NCBI GenBank assembly: GCA_031409275.1
Contig: JANNXA010000014.1
Span: 287,411 to 351,410 of the forward strand
Direction of reading: 5' to 3'
Length of the DNA stretch: 64,000 nt
From: Planctomycetota bacterium
Lineage (GTDB): Bacteria; Planctomycetota; B15-G4; SIAN01
Shown: positions 29,209 to 38,131 of the stretch, one piece after another
How positions within the stretch are numbered: the stretch's first letter is position 1
Layout of the letters: each line of letters opens with the position of its first letter
Position numbers and translations under genes: made by a program
The notes under the pieces: generated by a model
Database searches by the model: none
What the model was told of the DNA's origin: nothing
Seen by the model: only the letters and a program-made list of their open reading frames with translations

Positions 29209-31304
29209 GCCAGCTCGGCCGACGCCGGAAAACGATCGACGAAGCGCGCCAGCGCCTCCTCCGCTTCCTTGCGCAGCCCCAATCGCACGAACGCCCGGAC
29301 GGCCGCGACCGCCAGGTCGACGCGATCGAGGTGGTCGGCCGCCCGCAGCAATCCCTGCACGCCGCGCGTCGGATCGCTCGACTGGAATTCCTGCGCATCG
29401 ATCATCCCGAGCCATCCGTCGATCTGGCGCGCCTGGATCTGCGTCAAGCGATCGCGGGGATCCCCAGCCTCTCGCGCCACGCGCGCGAGCTCACCTGCCA
29501 GCGCGAGCTCCTCGCGCGCGCGCGTGTAGAGCGGGGCTGCCAGTTCGCCCGGCGGCAGCGAGCGCGCTTCCTGCTGCGCCTCGCGCGCCATCCGCAGCAG
29601 CGTCTCGATGCCGGTCGCGACGCCCCATGGCCGCGCGCAGCGCAACTGCGCCACGCGCTGCAACCGCGTGCGCGCCTGCTCCCGATCGCCACGCACAGCG
29701 GCCGCATCCGCGAGATCGGCCTCGATCGCGCCGATCACCGAGCGGGCGAAAGGATCGCGCTCGTCCCGATCGAGGCCGCGGATCGGCGGCGCGACGAACG
29801 ACGCAAGTGCCGCGCGCGGCGGCTTCACTGCACCCGCGGGCGATGGCAGCGCCAGTTGCCACAGCAGCCCGCGTCGCTCCATCTCGAGCCCTTCCTGCAC
29901 CCCCGCGACGAGGTCGGCGGTGAAGAGCGGCGCGACGCGCGGCGGCGGCGGCGCGCCGGATCGCGCGGCCTGCCGCGCCAGCACGAGGTCCGCCTCGCCT
30001 TTCAACTGCGCGCGCGAGACCAGCGTGACGTCGGGCCGGACCCCTTCGGCGTAGCGCAGCGCCAGCAGCGGGTAGAGCGCGACATCGCCCGAACCGATGT
30101 ACTGCGCCCCTTGCGGCATCTCCGCCAGCAAGGCGCGCGCGTAGTCGTCCGCCAGCCATGCGCCGCGCCGATCGCAAAGGGTGAAGTTGCGCGCGAACAG
30201 CGAAGCGGGCAGCAGCAGCGCGAGCGCGACGCGCACCGGGGCGCCACGCGCCGTCGCGGGCCACCACGCTGCCGCCAACAGGGACTCGATCCCGAACGCG
30301 ACCACCACCGCGAGCGCCATCCATCCGCACGTCAGGTAGCGCGAGTAGAGGAACACATCCCACCACGCGCCATGCAGCGCCAGCGGCACGAGATTGAAGG
30401 TCCACAACACGGCGACCGCCGCCAGCAGGCCGCGCCGGCGGCCGCGCCACATCGCGACCGCGCCCGACACCAGCAACGGAAGACCGAGCCACCACCACTC
30501 GCGCACGACTTCGCCGCCGTGGTGGCGAACGATGGTCAGTTGATCCGCGATCGACTCCGCCCAGCGGCGCTCCTGGTGCGCTTCGCGACGCAGGTAGGCG
30601 ACCAGCGCCTTTCCTTCCTCGAGTTCGCCGATGCGCGTGGTCGTTCCCTCGCTCACGCCGACGCGGAACTCGATCGGCGGATCGGCGGCGGCGCGCCAAG
30701 GCAGCCAGCCGTAGAGCGCCAACCCGGGCAGCAGCGCAAGCACGGCGGCGGCGAGCAGCCGCGGACGACGGAAGAGCGCGCGCTCGCGCACGAAGACGAG
30801 CAGCGCCAGCGCCGGCACGTGGGCGATCACCATCGGGTGGTTGGCCAGCCCGAAGCCGAGCAGCAACTGGTGGAGCACGATCCAACGCGGGGCGCGATCC
30901 TCGAGCCAGCGCGCACTGCACCACCAGAGGCTCGCGCTGCACAGCGCTGCCAACGGATACGTGCGTGCGACGGTCGCTTCACCCCAGATCGGCCCGAGCA
31001 GCGCGAAGGCGAGCGCGCCGCCGTACGCCGCCGCGCGGCTGCAACCGAGCCTGCGCAGCGCGCGGAAGAGCAGTTCCGCGGCCAGCGCGGCGCACACGGC
31101 GCTGAAGAGATTGAGCCGCCAGGAGACCGTTCCGATCGGCACCAGCAGCGTGAACACCTTGCCCAGCAGCAGCCACAGCGGGTAGCCGGTCGGATGCGGG
31201 ATGCCGAGCACGTGCGCGGCGGCGGTCAGCTCGCCGGAGTCGCCGACCCAGACGGTCGGGCACAAGGTGAAAAGGTAGATCGCGAAGGCGGCGAGGAAGG
31301 CCAT
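29154..31304 (-). CDS. DUF2723 (TMEM260-like) membrane glycosyltransferase
   Basis: TLCPTVWVGDSGEL...LGIPHPTGYPLW; multi-TM; TPR-like C-terminus. Confidence 0.85.
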   Translation of the reverse strand: MAFLAAFAIYLFTLCPTVWVGDSGELTAAAHVLGIPHPTGYPLWLLLGKVFTLLVPIGTVSWRLNLFSAVCAALAAELLFRALRRLGCSRAAAYGGALAFALLGPIWGEATVARTYPLAALCSASLWWCSARWLEDRAPRWIVLHQLLLGFGLANHPMVIAHVPALALLVFVRERALFRRPRLLAAAVLALLPGLALYGWLPWRAAADPPIEFRVGVSEGTTTRIGELEEGKALVAYLRREAHQERRWAESIADQLTIVRHHGGEVVREWWWLGLPLLVSGAVAMWRGRRRGLLAAVAVLWTFNLVPLALHGAWWDVFLYSRYLTCGWMALAVVVAFGIESLLAAAWWPATARGAPVRVALALLLPASLFARNFTLCDRRGAWLADDYARALLAEMPQGAQYIGSGDVALYPLLALRYAEGVRPDVTLVSRAQLKGEADLVLARQAARSGAPPPPRVAPLFTADLVAGVQEGLEMERRGLLWQLALPSPAGAVKPPRAALASFVAPPIRGLDRDERDPFARSVIGAIEADLADAAAVRGDREQARTRLQRVAQLRCARPWGVATGIETLLRMAREAQQEARSLPPGELAAPLYTRAREELALAGELARVAREAGDPRDRLTQIQARQIDGWLGMIDAQEFQSSDPTRGVQGLLRAADHLDRVDLAVAAVRAFVRLGLRKEAEEALARFVDRFPASAELAQLARELGLALVKTGAGG

Positions 31305-31330
31305 CGCGGCACGTTATCGGCGCGCACCGC

Positions 31331-32800
31331 TCACAGGAGCGGCGAGAGGAGTCGCGCGGCGGCGCAGCGCAAGCGCATGGTCTTGCTCTGGCGGGCCAGC
31401 AGTTCGAGGGTCACCTCGTTGGCTTGGGCGACGTCGCGCAGGAACCGCCGCTCGAGCGCGGCCGCGAACGTCTCGTCGTTCACCAGCGCACCGATCTCGA
31501 AGTTGAGGCGGTAGCTGCGCAGGTCGACGTTCGCGGAGCCGACCGAGGCGATCTGGCCGTCGGCCACGAGCGTCTTGCCGTGCAGCATCGAGGGCGCGTA
31601 CTCGAAGATGCGCACGCCGCCGCGCAGCAGCTTGCCGTAGTAGGAACGCGCGGCGTAGGCCGCGATCTTGACGTCGGAGATCGCCATCGCGGGCAGCAGC
31701 ACGCGCACATCGATCCGGCGCAACGCCGAACTCACCAATGCCGTGAGCGTCGCCTCGTCGGGGATGAAGTAGGGGCTCGAGAGGTAGACGCGTTTGCGCG
31801 CCGACGCGATCGCTGCGAAGTGGACGAAGGCGCTGGCGTTGTGCTCCTGGTCGGGACCGCTTGTGACGATGGCGACCATCGAGCCGGGGGTCGCGGCGGG
31901 CGCCGGCACCGGGAACGCCGGGAGCGCGCGACCGCCGGCGTAGACCCAGTCCTCACGGAACGCCTGCGCCAGCGAGCTGACCGACGGCCCGCGCAGTTCG
32001 AGATGCGAGTCGCGATAGACCGCCATCCCGTGGCGGCGACGGCTGCCCGAGTACTCGTCGCCGACGTTCATGCCGCCCGTGAAGCCGACCTCGCCGTCGA
32101 CCACGATCAGCTTGCGGTGGTTGCGCAGATGGACGGAGAGGCGGCGGCGCAGCGGATTCATCGGCTGGAACGCGCGCGCCCGTCCGCCGGCGGCGACCAG
32201 CTTCTGGAGCCGCTCGGTGTTGATGTGCATCGAGCCGAGCGCGTCGTAGAGGAGCCGCACCTCGAGGCCGGCCTGCGCACGCTCCGTCAACAGGTCGAGG
32301 AAGCGCCGTCCCGTCTCGTCGTTCTGGATGATGTAGTACTCGGCCCAGATGAAGCGGCGCGCGCCGCGCAACGCCTCCTCGATGCGAGCGAAGGTCTGCT
32401 CGTTCTCGGTCAGCAGCGTGACTTCATTGCCCGCATTGGGCGCGATCCCGGTCAGGTTCGCCGCCAGGTCGAGCAGCGAGTCGCCCTGCACGGCCGCGGG
32501 AGTCGCGTCGCCGCCGCCGAGCTCCTGGCGCAACTGCGCCGCGGCGCGTCGACGCAGGAGCTTCACGCGCCGCACGCTCGGGCTCGCCAGCGCGAAGAAG
32601 GCGATCGCGCCCACCAGCGGGAAGGCGAGGATCGCGAGGATCCACGAGAGCGTCCCCTGCACGCCATGGCCACGCGAGCAGGCGCGCTCGACGGCCCAGA
32701 CATCGAGCGCGAAGACGAGCAGCGAGAAGAGCGTGACGCCGGCGGCATGCGCCTGCGACAACGTCTTCAGGAAGGCCCACGTCGACGCGATCCACTCCAT
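31331..32800 (-). CDS. cls: Cardiolipin synthase
   Basis: PLDc_N TM hairpin; two HKD motifs (RNHRKLIVVDG, LHGKTLVADG); SPYFIPD, GSANVD.RS. Confidence 0.93.
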   Translation of the reverse strand: MEWIASTWAFLKTLSQAHAAGVTLFSLLVFALDVWAVERACSRGHGVQGTLSWILAILAFPLVGAIAFFALASPSVRRVKLLRRRAAAQLRQELGGGDATPAAVQGDSLLDLAANLTGIAPNAGNEVTLLTENEQTFARIEEALRGARRFIWAEYYIIQNDETGRRFLDLLTERAQAGLEVRLLYDALGSMHINTERLQKLVAAGGRARAFQPMNPLRRRLSVHLRNHRKLIVVDGEVGFTGGMNVGDEYSGSRRRHGMAVYRDSHLELRGPSVSSLAQAFREDWVYAGGRALPAFPVPAPAATPGSMVAIVTSGPDQEHNASAFVHFAAIASARKRVYLSSPYFIPDEATLTALVSSALRRIDVRVLLPAMAISDVKIAAYAARSYYGKLLRGGVRIFEYAPSMLHGKTLVADGQIASVGSANVDLRSYRLNFEIGALVNDETFAAALERRFLRDVAQANEVTLELLARQSKTMRLRCAAARLLSPLL

Positions 32801-32819
32801 TCAGCGCACCCGCCGCATT

Positions 32820-33371
32820 TCAACGCGCATACAGGCCCGCCGGCGCGAAGACCGCCGCTGCACCGCCGCTGATGCCGACCGGCGGCAGCGAGACAGCGAC
32901 CGGCTTGCCATCGACCACGAGCGTCGCCGCCGTCGCCGCCGCCTCGAGCCCCTGCTGCGTGAACGGCGTCATCGCCGCCGACGCGCGCTGCACCAGCGCC
33001 AGCGCGCCGAGTCCGGTGAGTCGCGTCTCGAAGCGACGAGCGCCGACGGTGATGCGCGCGCTCACGGCCGCCGCCTCGATCGTCACCTCGATCTTCGCCA
33101 GCAGCGCCGGCGCCTGCTCGAACGGCGTGCCGCGGAAGATGTTCGGGCCGAAGTAGCGCGCCACCTTCTCGTCGCTGGAGATGAATCCGATCAGCGCCGG
33201 CGCCGCCGCCGGATCGGGCTGCCACAGGATCATCCCGCTCGGTGCCGACCCGACCGGCGTGTGGACCATGCGCGCGACGTGGACCAGCACGTTGGGCATG
33301 GCCAATCCCGGCTGGGTGAAGCCGCACAGATCCACGCCACCCTCGAAGCTCATCCACTGCTGGATCGCCAT
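32820..33371 (-). CDS. Hypothetical protein
   Basis: GGAGGA RBS, ATG (MAIQQWMSFEGG), coding-like codon usage. Confidence 0.7.
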   Translation of the reverse strand: MAIQQWMSFEGGVDLCGFTQPGLAMPNVLVHVARMVHTPVGSAPSGMILWQPDPAAAPALIGFISSDEKVARYFGPNIFRGTPFEQAPALLAKIEVTIEAAAVSARITVGARRFETRLTGLGALALVQRASAAMTPFTQQGLEAAATAATLVVDGKPVAVSLPPVGISGGAAAVFAPAGLYAR

Positions 33372-33573
33372 CGCGTCCTCCGTCGTGCCCGTTCGCTGAA
33401 GCGTCGGACGATGAGCATAGGTCTCCCATCGCGATGCCGTCCGCATCCTCCCCGAGTTCGCCGCTGCTGCTACACTCGAGCGCCACGCGGGCCGCAAGTT
33501 GCCCTGAAGTGGTTTCCCGTTCGCCGCGTCGTGACGCCCTCGCTGGCGCGCGCCGCCTTCCGGAGCGAGTTCG

Positions 33574-33990
33574 ATGATGAAGTTCCTCGGTTTCCTCTTC
33601 CTCGTCGCGCTCGCTGTCGGCGGCTACGGCTACTGGAAGGGCTGGTTCGAGGTCTCGAAGGACCAGGCCAACGGGAAGACGAAGTTCGGCGTGACCATCG
33701 ACAACGACGCGATGTCGCGCGACCTCGACACGATGACCAAGTGGGCGCACGAGAAGCTCGACAAGCTCGACCAGAAGATCGCCGAACTGCGCAACAAGGC
33801 CTCGAAGGCGAGCGCCGAGTCGAAGCAGAGCCTCGAGAAGGAGATCCGCGCGCTCGAAGCGCAGAAGGGTTCCGCCGCCGAGTCGCTGCGCGAGCTCAAG
33901 ACCTCGACGCAGGAGAAGGCCGCCGAGCTGAAGAAGAAGCTCGAGCAGACGCTGAGCGACACCCCGCCGGTCGAGAAGAGCGGCGGCTGA
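33574..33990 (+). CDS. Membrane-anchored coiled-coil hypothetical protein
   Basis: N-terminal TM segment, K/E-rich helix, strong codon bias. Confidence 0.8.
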   Translation: MMKFLGFLFLVALAVGGYGYWKGWFEVSKDQANGKTKFGVTIDNDAMSRDLDTMTKWAHEKLDKLDQKIAELRNKASKASAESKQSLEKEIRALEAQKGSAAESLRELKTSTQEKAAELKKKLEQTLSDTPPVEKSGG

Positions 33991-34032
33991 GGTCCACGGG
34001 CCGATTCACGCCGCGATTTGCGGCGCCGCTGC

Positions 34033-36078
34033 TCAGCCGCTGCGTGCGGCGAGCGGCGGCGCTGCCACCGGCGACGCCACCACCACCGGTACCTCGACCC
34101 CCTCCGTCAGCTCGTCGAATCGCAGCAGTCGACCGGCATTGGCCAGTACCGCCAACGTGCCCGCGTTGTGCAGCAGTGCCGCGAGCAGCGCGTTCACCTG
34201 ACCCACCGCCGCGAGCGCCAGCACCGCCACGGTCCAGCCCAGCCCGATCGCGACGTTCACGGCGATGGCGCGGCGCGCTCGGCGTGACAGCCGGATGCAG
34301 GTGCCAAGCCGCCGCAGATCGCTGGTCATCAAGACCAGGTCGCTCGAGGCGAGCGCGACATCGGTGCCGCGCGCACCCATCGCCACGCCGACGGCGCCCG
34401 CCTTGAGCGCCAGCGCATCGTTCACGCCATCGCCCACGACCAGGGGCCGGCGCCCCGCCGCGATCTCCGCCAGCACCTTCTCGAGCTTCTGCTCGGGCAG
34501 CACCTCGGCCACGACCTCATCGATGCCAAGCTGCATCGCGATCTTGTCGGCAACGCTCTTGCGATCGCCGGTCACCATCAGCTGGCGCGTCAATCCCAGC
34601 GCGCGCAAGTCGTCCAGCGCCTGACGCGCTTCGGCGCGCGGCTCATCCGCGAGCAGCAGCCATCCGAGGAAGCGGCCGCCACGCGCAAGCCCGACCACCG
34701 GCCCGTCGTGGTGCGGCGCTTCCGGCGTCGCCACGCCGCGCTCGACCAGCAACTCGCGTCGACCCAGCACCGCTTCGACTCCGGTCGCGCCCGCCGCGGT
34801 CTCGACGTGGCCGTAGATCCCCTTCCCGCCCACTTCCTGCACATCCTCGACGCGCAGCCGATCGCCCGCCTTCAGCGCGCCCGCCAGCGCGCGGCTGACC
34901 GGGTGGCTGCTGGCCGCACCGAGGCTGCCGGCGAGGCGCAACATCTCGCCCTCACTGACGCCGGCCGCCGGCGCGGCACGCAGCAGCTTCAGCTCGCCGA
35001 GCGTCACCGTCCCGGTCTTGTCGAGGATGACCGTGTCGACCTCGGCCAGCTCCTCGAGGAACGCCGTGCCGCGCACCAGCACGCCGTGGCGCGCCGCGAC
35101 GGCCAGCGACGCGATGCTGGTGGCCGGTGCCGCCAACACCAGTGCGCACGGGCAGCTCGCGACCAGGACTGCCAGCGCGAAGCTGACGTTGCCGGTCAGG
35201 AGCCACGTCGCCGCCGCGGTGAGCAGCACCAGCACGAGGTAGCTCTGCGCGTGCTTCTCGAGCAGGCGGGTGATCGGTGGCTTGGCCCGCTCGGCATCGC
35301 GCATCAGCTCGACCACGCGACCGAGCGTCGTCTCGCCGCCGATGCGCGTGACCTCGACCTCGATGCGGCCCGAGAGGTTGATCGAGCCGGCATCGATGGC
35401 ATCGCCCGCGGCCACTTCGAGCGGCACCGACTCGCCCGTGATCGGCGCGGTGTCGAGGCTCGAGTTGCCGGCGCGCACGAGACCGTCGGCCGGGACGCGA
35501 TCGCCGGCGCGCAGCTCGATGCGATCGCCTTTGCGCAGCGCCTCGCTCTCGACCTCGCTCACGCCACCCGCCGCATCGAGCCGCCGCACGCGCCCCTTGG
35601 TCAGCCGGCCGAGCGCCGCGATCGCCTCGCGCGAACCCAGCAGGCTGCGGTCCTCGAGGACGTGGCCGATCACCATCACCAACGGCACCAGCGCGGCACT
35701 CGCGAGGTCGCCCGACGCCCACGCGGCCAGCAGCGCGGCGGCGACCAGCTGATCGGTCACGCCATGCAGGCTCGGGTGGCGCAGGCTCTTCCACGCGTCG
35801 ACGAAGGTCGGAATGCCGACCAGCAACGCCGCTCCAGCCGACAGCAGGTCGGAGAGGTCCTGCTGCTGCGGCAGCCAGAAGCGCACCGCCAGCGCGAGCA
35901 GGAGCAGACCGGCCGCCACCACCGCGAGCGTGAGTCGCAGCGCCAGGATGCGGCGCGCGCCGACATCGAGCAGCTCCGGCGCGCCGAGCCCATGCACATG
36001 GCCGCAGCAGTCGTCGTCGCCGTGGGCGCCATGGTCGTCGTGATCGTGATCGTGCACGTGGTCGTGGCCGGCGGCCAT
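34033..36078 (-). CDS. Heavy-metal-translocating P1B-type ATPase with a His-rich N-terminus
   Basis: HDHVHDHDHDDH..CC; TGES, SCPC, DKTGT, HP, TGD, GDGVND. Confidence 0.93.
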   Translation of the reverse strand: MAAGHDHVHDHDHDDHGAHGDDDCCGHVHGLGAPELLDVGARRILALRLTLAVVAAGLLLLALAVRFWLPQQQDLSDLLSAGAALLVGIPTFVDAWKSLRHPSLHGVTDQLVAAALLAAWASGDLASAALVPLVMVIGHVLEDRSLLGSREAIAALGRLTKGRVRRLDAAGGVSEVESEALRKGDRIELRAGDRVPADGLVRAGNSSLDTAPITGESVPLEVAAGDAIDAGSINLSGRIEVEVTRIGGETTLGRVVELMRDAERAKPPITRLLEKHAQSYLVLVLLTAAATWLLTGNVSFALAVLVASCPCALVLAAPATSIASLAVAARHGVLVRGTAFLEELAEVDTVILDKTGTVTLGELKLLRAAPAAGVSEGEMLRLAGSLGAASSHPVSRALAGALKAGDRLRVEDVQEVGGKGIYGHVETAAGATGVEAVLGRRELLVERGVATPEAPHHDGPVVGLARGGRFLGWLLLADEPRAEARQALDDLRALGLTRQLMVTGDRKSVADKIAMQLGIDEVVAEVLPEQKLEKVLAEIAAGRRPLVVGDGVNDALALKAGAVGVAMGARGTDVALASSDLVLMTSDLRRLGTCIRLSRRARRAIAVNVAIGLGWTVAVLALAAVGQVNALLAALLHNAGTLAVLANAGRLLRFDELTEGVEVPVVVASPVAAPPLAARSG

Positions 36079-37130
36079 CACTTGCCTCCCGGCAGGATGA
36101 CGCGCGCACCATCGTCCGAGATCACGGTCACGTCCTGCGCATCCTTGAGGATCGCCTCGATGCGCTCGCGATAGAGGCGCGCCAGCAGCAGCCGGCGCTC
36201 GGCCGGATCACGCGCCGAAGTCAACGCCGCCACGCTGCTGGTCTTCACCTTGGCGTCGCTGACGATCTCGCCCGCCTTCGCTTCCGCCTCGTTCAGCAGC
36301 GCCGTCCGCTCGGAGTCGGACGCCTGCCGCACGCGGGTCGCCTCGGAGTTCGCCTCGGCGACATCGCGCTCTGCCCCTTGGCGAGCGGACAGAACGGCCT
36401 GGAACGCCGGCGCCGCACGCGGCGGCAACTGCGCCGTCACATCGACGCGCTCGATGTGGACACCCAGCGCCGCGCCGCCGGAGGAGAGCTCGTCGAGTCG
36501 CTGGTTCATTCCCGCCATGAGGTCCGCGCGCAGCCGTTCGCGATCGGCGGCATCGACCTCGCCGCGCCCCACCTCGACGTCACCGCGCGCGACCAGATCG
36601 GGTCGCGCCACCAACACGCCATCGAGCGTACGGCTCGCACACGCGCCGATCGCGCTCGCGCAGAAGAGCCGTTCGAGCGCGGGCTCGAGGACGTCGCGCG
36701 CGATCAGCCACGCGCGCGCGTCGACCACGCGATAGACGACCTGCGCGTCGAGGTGCACCACCCCTTCGTCGCCGGTCAGCACATGGCCACCGTCGCGGCG
36801 CAGATCGAAGCCGGGCAATCGGCCGGGGAAGAGCGAGCTGCTGGCTGTCTCCTTCAGCGTGAGCGCCCGCACCGGCAGCGTCAGCAGCCGCTCGGCGGCC
36901 GGCACCAGCAGCACCGTCTCGATCGGCTCGGGCCACGCGAAGACGAGACCGGATCCCTGCTCGCGCACGACCTGGCCGAAGCGCAGGATCACCGCGCGCT
37001 GGTCGGGCTCGACCTGCTTCAGGCCCGACGCGAACCAGACCGCAGCCAGCCCCACCACGCCGAGTTGCAGGAATCGGAACGCGATCCCGATCGATTGCGA
37101 GAGCGCGCCGTCGCTCTTCGCCGCGCTCAT
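36078..37130 (-). CDS. SPFH/band-7 protein (HflK-like)
   Basis: VILRFG, AWPEPIE, LTGDEGVVH; start overlaps the upstream stop (ATGA). Confidence 0.85.
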   Translation of the reverse strand: MSAAKSDGALSQSIGIAFRFLQLGVVGLAAVWFASGLKQVEPDQRAVILRFGQVVREQGSGLVFAWPEPIETVLLVPAAERLLTLPVRALTLKETASSSLFPGRLPGFDLRRDGGHVLTGDEGVVHLDAQVVYRVVDARAWLIARDVLEPALERLFCASAIGACASRTLDGVLVARPDLVARGDVEVGRGEVDAADRERLRADLMAGMNQRLDELSSGGAALGVHIERVDVTAQLPPRAAPAFQAVLSARQGAERDVAEANSEATRVRQASDSERTALLNEAEAKAGEIVSDAKVKTSSVAALTSARDPAERRLLLARLYRERIEAILKDAQDVTVISDDGARVILPGGK

Positions 37131-38131
37131 GAACCGTCCTTCTTCGACGCGTCTTCGCTCGGCTTCTCCTGCATCGCGCGCAGGCTCTCTGGGCCGTCGA
37201 TCAGCACGCGAAACGGCGCAGCATCGGTCTTGAGGATCAACCGCGTGCCGTCATGGATGATCTGGTCGAGCACTTCGAGCGAGCGCAGGAACTCGTAGAG
37301 CTGCGGGTCGGCCTCGTAGGCGGCGCCGTAGATCTTCGCGGCCGCGGTGCGCGCCTCGGCCTCGATCTTCGCCGCGTCCTCGCCCGCCTTCGCACGGACG
37401 AGCCGCGCGTCCTTCTCGGCGGACGCGCGAATCTCGCCGGCCGCCTTGCGACCGCGCGCCTGGACTTCCTCGGCCACGGTCGAGCGCTCCGACTTCATCC
37501 GCTCGACGGTCGCGTCGATGGTCGTGGTCGGCAGCGTGAGCCGCTCGACGCCGACCTGGTGGACGGTCACGCCGTAGACCGCGAGCAGCCGTTGCGCGAG
37601 GCTCTCCTTGATCTTCGTCTCGTACTCCGACAGGCGGAGCTGGGTCGGATCGGTGTTGATCAGATCCTCGAGGCGAAAGTTGCTGGTCGCCGTCTCCATC
37701 GCCGACCCGAGGTAGGAACGCAGCTGGCGCGCCGCCTCGCTCGGCTCGTTCTTCACGGCGCGCAGGAAGAGGCGGATCTTCTCGGGGTCGGTCGGCACCT
37801 GCCACGCGGCATACGACTGCACCAGGATGCGCAGCCCTTCCTTCGTTCCGACGTCATGCAGTCCGCTCGATGTGGTGCGCAACCGCAGGTCCACTTCGAC
37901 GGCGCGCTCGAACGGCGTCGGCCACTTGAAGGCGAGACCCGGCTCGACCAGCACGCGACGCGGATCGCCGAAGCGCGTGATCACCATCGCGCTGCCTTGC
38001 CGCACCGGCACCGTCGTCGCGCCCAACACGGCGAAGACGACCAGCAACAGCGCGACGAAGTAGCGGCCGCGACCGCGACGCACGGGCGGCGGCGGCGAGG
38101 AGGAGCTCGGAGCGATGACAGGAGCGTTCAT
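37127..38131 (-). CDS. SPFH/band-7 protein (HflC-like)
   Basis: VITRFG, PGLAFKWP, RMKSER, YEFLRSLE, PF. Confidence 0.88.
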   Translation of the reverse strand: MNAPVIAPSSSSPPPPVRRGRGRYFVALLLVVFAVLGATTVPVRQGSAMVITRFGDPRRVLVEPGLAFKWPTPFERAVEVDLRLRTTSSGLHDVGTKEGLRILVQSYAAWQVPTDPEKIRLFLRAVKNEPSEAARQLRSYLGSAMETATSNFRLEDLINTDPTQLRLSEYETKIKESLAQRLLAVYGVTVHQVGVERLTLPTTTIDATVERMKSERSTVAEEVQARGRKAAGEIRASAEKDARLVRAKAGEDAAKIEAEARTAAAKIYGAAYEADPQLYEFLRSLEVLDQIIHDGTRLILKTDAAPFRVLIDGPESLRAMQEKPSEDASKKDGS

